Positions 58,861 through 64,000 of a DNA stretch of 64,000 nucleotides are shown here, piece after piece (the first letter of the stretch is position 1; the number at the start of each line of letters is the position of its first letter). This DNA comes from the human T2T-CHM13v2.0 reference genome, Homo sapiens: the NCBI RefSeq assembly GCF_009914755.1, contig NC_060940.1. One strand, written 5' to 3'. The notes under the pieces are model-generated. The model was not told the DNA's origin and searched no databases. It saw only the letters and a list, made by a program, of their open reading frames with translations. The translations under genes and the position numbers were made by a program.

Positions 58861-60021
58861 AAAAAGAAAGGGCACAGTGGTGGACGGGTGCTAGAACTTA
58901 AGGGGCACTAAAATACTTATTGATTGTGCTTTCCTTTCTTGCAGCTGTCATTCAAAAGCTTCTTCCTGAAGTTGAGTAAGAGAGTCCATGATGTTTAGAA
59001 TATGTGTTTTCATTATGTGGCCAAATGTTAAAGCTGTTGGAGAAAGAGCTCGAAGTCTCAATTGATAGAAGACCATGATGTACTGGAATCCTAATATATC
59101 CTGGTCAATATGTTGGCTTACAAAGATAAGCATATGAGAGCAGAGCCTCAGCTTCATGCCTGGCAATGTGTCCGCCGTGTGTGGGTTTCCTAAAGTAACA
59201 GCAGTCATACCATATGGTGTGGCTTTCATTGGCATGGGCAGGCGAGAAGATGCCAAAAACTCAATGTGCTATTTTGGGCCATGAAACGTGATAAGCTCTA
59301 AATTTAAAACATAATTTTTTAAATTAAAGAGTATTTTTTAATTGTAAGATGTTTTTATACTGGATTTTATAATCTTAAGACTCAATTAGGTAACTGTTCT
59401 CAGTGTGTGAAATAAGACAAAGATGCAAAAGTCAAGAGGGGGACAAGCTTGGCAGCAATCTTCTGAAAAAAAAAATTTAGAGATTTAAATGAAATCTTTT
59501 TTTAGTGATACTATAAATATAAAGGTGAAATATACAGAAACAGCTTTTGGAATGCTACATTTTGATAATGCTGAACAAGGGCAGTAGATGTGAGAAGCTG
59601 AGAGGCAGTATCAGTGGGATGGAATCTCTTATTCCTCTCGAGCCACCATTCCAAATTTTGTACAATAACACACCTCCAGCCTATCAAATAAGCTGATCTA
59701 ATGTCTGAAGTTAGAGCAACCCTGGAAATATTCATGTTGAATCTAACGGACAACTTATTTAACCCTTACAAACTCAGCCCTAGATTTGAGCAACTAGGTT
59801 CAAGAATTCTAATAACAATTTCAAATGCTATACTGGGGCTGGTAATACTAATCTCAGGAAAGCAATTTTTGAGCTTCCTTGTCTCAGTGCTAGCCTTTCC
59901 CGTAAGTCTGCTTCTTTTTCCTAAATTAGGTTAATTATACATAATAAAAATAGTTTTTCATTAGTCCTGAGCTGGCAAAATGGGTTTTATGAACTGCTTC
60001 ATATAAAGCAAGTGCTATATC

Positions 60022-60338
60022 TTATTTTATTTATTTATTTTTTGAGACAAGGTCTCGTTCTGTCACCCAGGGTGGAGTGCAGTGGTGTGATTTCGGCTCA
60101 CTGCAACCTTAGCCCCAACCCCCACCTCAGCTCAAGCAATCCTCCTCTCTCAGCCTCCTAAATAGCTGGGGACCACAGGCGCACACCACCATGTCTGGCT
60201 ATTTTTTTTTTTTTTTTTTAATTTTTAGTAGAGACGGGCGTCTTGCCATGTTGGCCATGCTGGTCTCGAACTCCTGAGCTCAAGCAATCTGTCCACCTCG
60301 GCCTCCCAAAGTGCTGGAATGAGCCACCATGCCCAGCC
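60022..60338 (-). mobile_element. AluJ-like
   Basis: Diverged dimer. Confidence 0.88.
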
Positions 60339-60944
60339 CTTATTTTTTTTTTTTTAAATAAAAGAAAATACAACTTTAAAGTGTCAGTTGGCTAATTTGG
60401 GAACAGGTGTGGGTGTCAGTGTATGGGGGGAGGGGGACCTGCCTTTAGGTGTCATTACCAAAGGCTATGATGATGTCATACAGCCCATTTCAAATGTACA
60501 AGGAGAATTACTGGGGAGAAGAAAGAGAAGGGAAGTGGGGAAGGTATCTTTTTAAGATACTTTTTGCACCTGCAGATCCTTAAACGTCTTCGCCATTAGT
60601 CCAAGTAGACACAACAGAAGGTAGTCTAGAATAGGGAGTTAATTATAAACGGAAGAAAACGGCAAATATCTTTCTAGTTTTCCTTTTCCTACCAGTCCTT
60701 CACCTTTCCTACCGAAGAGTTAAGTTTAATCTAAAAAGTTTGAAGTTTGCATACCCTTTAAGCCCCACTGCTATGATCTAGTTTGGGGGATGTGGAAAAT
60801 AGGTTATATAAAAATTTTTCTGAGTAATCAAAAGCACATCCAACATTTACTAGAGACACAATATTGTCTTCTACGGGATGGATTAGCATCTCTTCCTTCA
60901 AATGTCCTGACTTGGAAGATGCGATCTCTGTTAAGTTGCAGGTC

Positions 60945-61527
60945 TCTCCAGCCCCGGACCTGGGCCCTGCAGCCACCAAGATGCTGATGCCTAAGAAGAA
61001 CGGGATTGCCATCTATGAACTCCTTTTTAAGGAGGGAGTCATGGTGGCCAAGAAGGATGTCCACCTTCCTAAGTACCCAGACCTGGCAGAAGACAAGAAT
61101 GTGCCCAACCTTCACATCATGAAGGCCATGCAGTCTCTCAAGTCTTAAGGCTACATGAAGGAACGGTTTGTCTGGAGACATTTCTACTGGTACCTTACCA
61201 ACGACTGTATCCAGTATCTCTGATTACCTCCATCTGCCCCGTGAGACTGTGCCTTCCACCCTATACCACAGTCATCCAGAGACTGGCAGGCTTTGGCCTA
61301 AAGGTCTGGAGGGTGAGCAACCCGCAAAGCTCACAAAAGGGGAAGCCAAAAGACACCCACAGACAGAGTGCTGTGTCCCCTGGTCCGATGAGAAAGCCGA
61401 GGCTGGGGTTGGGTCAGCAACCAAATTCCAGTTTAGAAGCAGATTTGGTTGTGGGTGTGGTCAGTGACCTCAGTAAAACTGGAGAGGATTATTTTGCATT
61501 GAATAAACTTATAGACAGAAAAAAAAA
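60945..61527 (+). pseudogene. Processed pseudogene of ribosomal protein S10 (RPS10/eS10), antisense to GLG1 intron 1
   Basis: ATG 60981 [28 protein letters not shown]...; intronless; premature TAA 61146-61148; frameshift near 61220; native stop 61474-61476; AATAAA 61502-61507; A tail; flanking repeat TGCAGGTC at 60937-60944 and 61528-61535. Confidence 0.95.
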
Positions 61528-61666
61528 TGCAGGTCCTTCTGCTTAAGCCAGTGTTTAACCTGTGGTTTGATTCTGAATGTCTTCCCTAGTTTTGGAAACA
61601 ATTTATATTGAAGTTCAGTTGTGTCACAGGCCCTTATTTTACTTTTTTTTAAAAAAACTTGTTTTT

Positions 61667-62500
<834 letters not shown>

Positions 62501-62981
62501 CATGGAACATTCTTTAAAATAGTATAGACTTCATAGCAGTTGCAACTTCAGTTATTGTATTCTGCTATCATTTTGGTCTTCTTGTGGCTTCTAAAAGCTG
62601 AATTTTCACTGCATATCCAAACTCCATAACTTGGTAATCAGCTCTTTAATAGAAGTAGCTATCTGACAATAGCACAACTCACATATGCAAAAATACAATT
62701 TGTCAATCTAGATTTATGAGATCATTTAAAATTCTCAACCAAAGCGTAAGCTTTCAACATTCTCAACCATGGCCTAAGTAAATCTCAGTGACTGAGTATT
62801 TAAGAACCAGGTACAACACAAAATATAGTCATCTATGGGAGATAACTAGGGAATTACCTTTCGCACAAAATCAGTCAGGAAAAAAAAATACAATGTGTAC
62901 AATTCCTCAGAATTATTTATTTAAACCCTACTTTGTTACAAAATGATTTAAGACAGGATTTCCTCAATAAATGGGAGGAGA

Positions 62982-63766
62982 GCCAGGCGCCGTGACTCAC
63001 GCCTGTAATCTCAGAACTTTGCGGGGCCGAGGCGGACGGATCACTTGAAGTCAGGAGATCCAGACCAGCCTGGTCAACATAGTGAAACCCCATCTCTACT
63101 AAAAATACAAAAATTAGCTAGGCGCGGTGGTGGGCGCCTGTAACCCCAGGTACTCGGGAGGCTGAGGCAGGACAATCACTTCATCCCAGGAAGCAGAGGT
63201 TGCAGTGAGCAGATTGCATCACTGCACTCCAGCCTGGGTGACAGAAAAAGACTCCATCTCAAAAAAGAAAAATAAAAAAATGAGAGGGATTCCAGCACTT
63301 TTCTCAATATATTCTGGCTAAATGTAAGATGGTCACTTAAATTGAGCAGATGGGACTTCATTAAATCACGATGAAAATGAACAGCCAAGAAAAGAACTAT
63401 TGTATAGAAAGGAACTTTGGTAAAGTGCATGAATAAAATTACATTTTGGTGGATATATCTAATTAATATTCATTTCCTCAACTTGCAAAGCAAATGACAT
63501 CATTGTTTGTCACTTTAACTAGTTCTCTGTTCAACAGTGGACCTACTGACAGATGCCCAAATAAAGATCACACACTAACATAAAAAGATGTAACTGCAGC
63601 CAAACATGGTGGCATGCACGTATAGTCCCAGTGCTTTAGGAGACTGAGGTGTGAGGATTGCCAGAACCCAGGAGTTTGAGGCTGCAATGAGCTATAATCT
63701 CACCACTGCCCTCCAACCTGAGCGACTGAGCAAAACCCTGTGTCTAAAATAAATAAATAATAAAAA
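62982..63766 (+). mobile_element. Alu (62982-63280) and right-arm fragment (63598-63766)
   Basis: Alu consensus motifs. Confidence 0.88.
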
Positions 63767-64000
63767 CATATAATTGCCTTCAGTTTATAAGACTTTGTGA
63801 TAAAACGGGAAAAAAGAAAAAACAGTTGTAACTGTGCTTGGAGATACCCACCAGATGGGCCATTCTCACAAACTGATCAAATGATCACTATGGTGGTGTT
63901 AAAAATAAGTTTACAAATTGTAACTTTTCCTTCACTGAAAACTGATCAAGAAAGCCAACTCCCCAAATTATAATCTTGTCTTATCTAGTGGTCTGTCCTA

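Overview
Primate (most likely human) genomic DNA lying entirely within GLG1 (Golgi glycoprotein 1 / ESL-1 / MG-160 / CFR-1), transcribed on the minus strand. The window starts in intron 7, contains coding exons 7 to 2 (all with AG/GT boundaries and a continuous reading frame), and ends inside the large intron 1; exon 1 is outside the window. Exon numbering is from my recollection of the protein. The introns contain about 60 Alu copies or fragments, a rearranged ~6.2-kb L1PA7/8-class LINE-1 antisense to the gene, older L2/L1M/MLT1/DNA-transposon remnants, microsatellites and an RPS10 processed pseudogene. Nearly all ORFs in the supplied track are repeat-derived noise. I found no evidence of a new protein-coding system. 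Most notable: a long GGAA microsatellite in an Alu tail (candidate EWSR1-FLI1 enhancer); an L1 with an apparent 3' transduction plus a ~770-bp internal duplication containing a near-identical 193-bp patch; a locally templated inverted insertion inside an MLT1 LTR; a 38-bp-stem hairpin; and five consecutive phase-0 symmetric exons flanked by inverted Alus. Repeat boundaries and subfamily calls are by eye and approximate.
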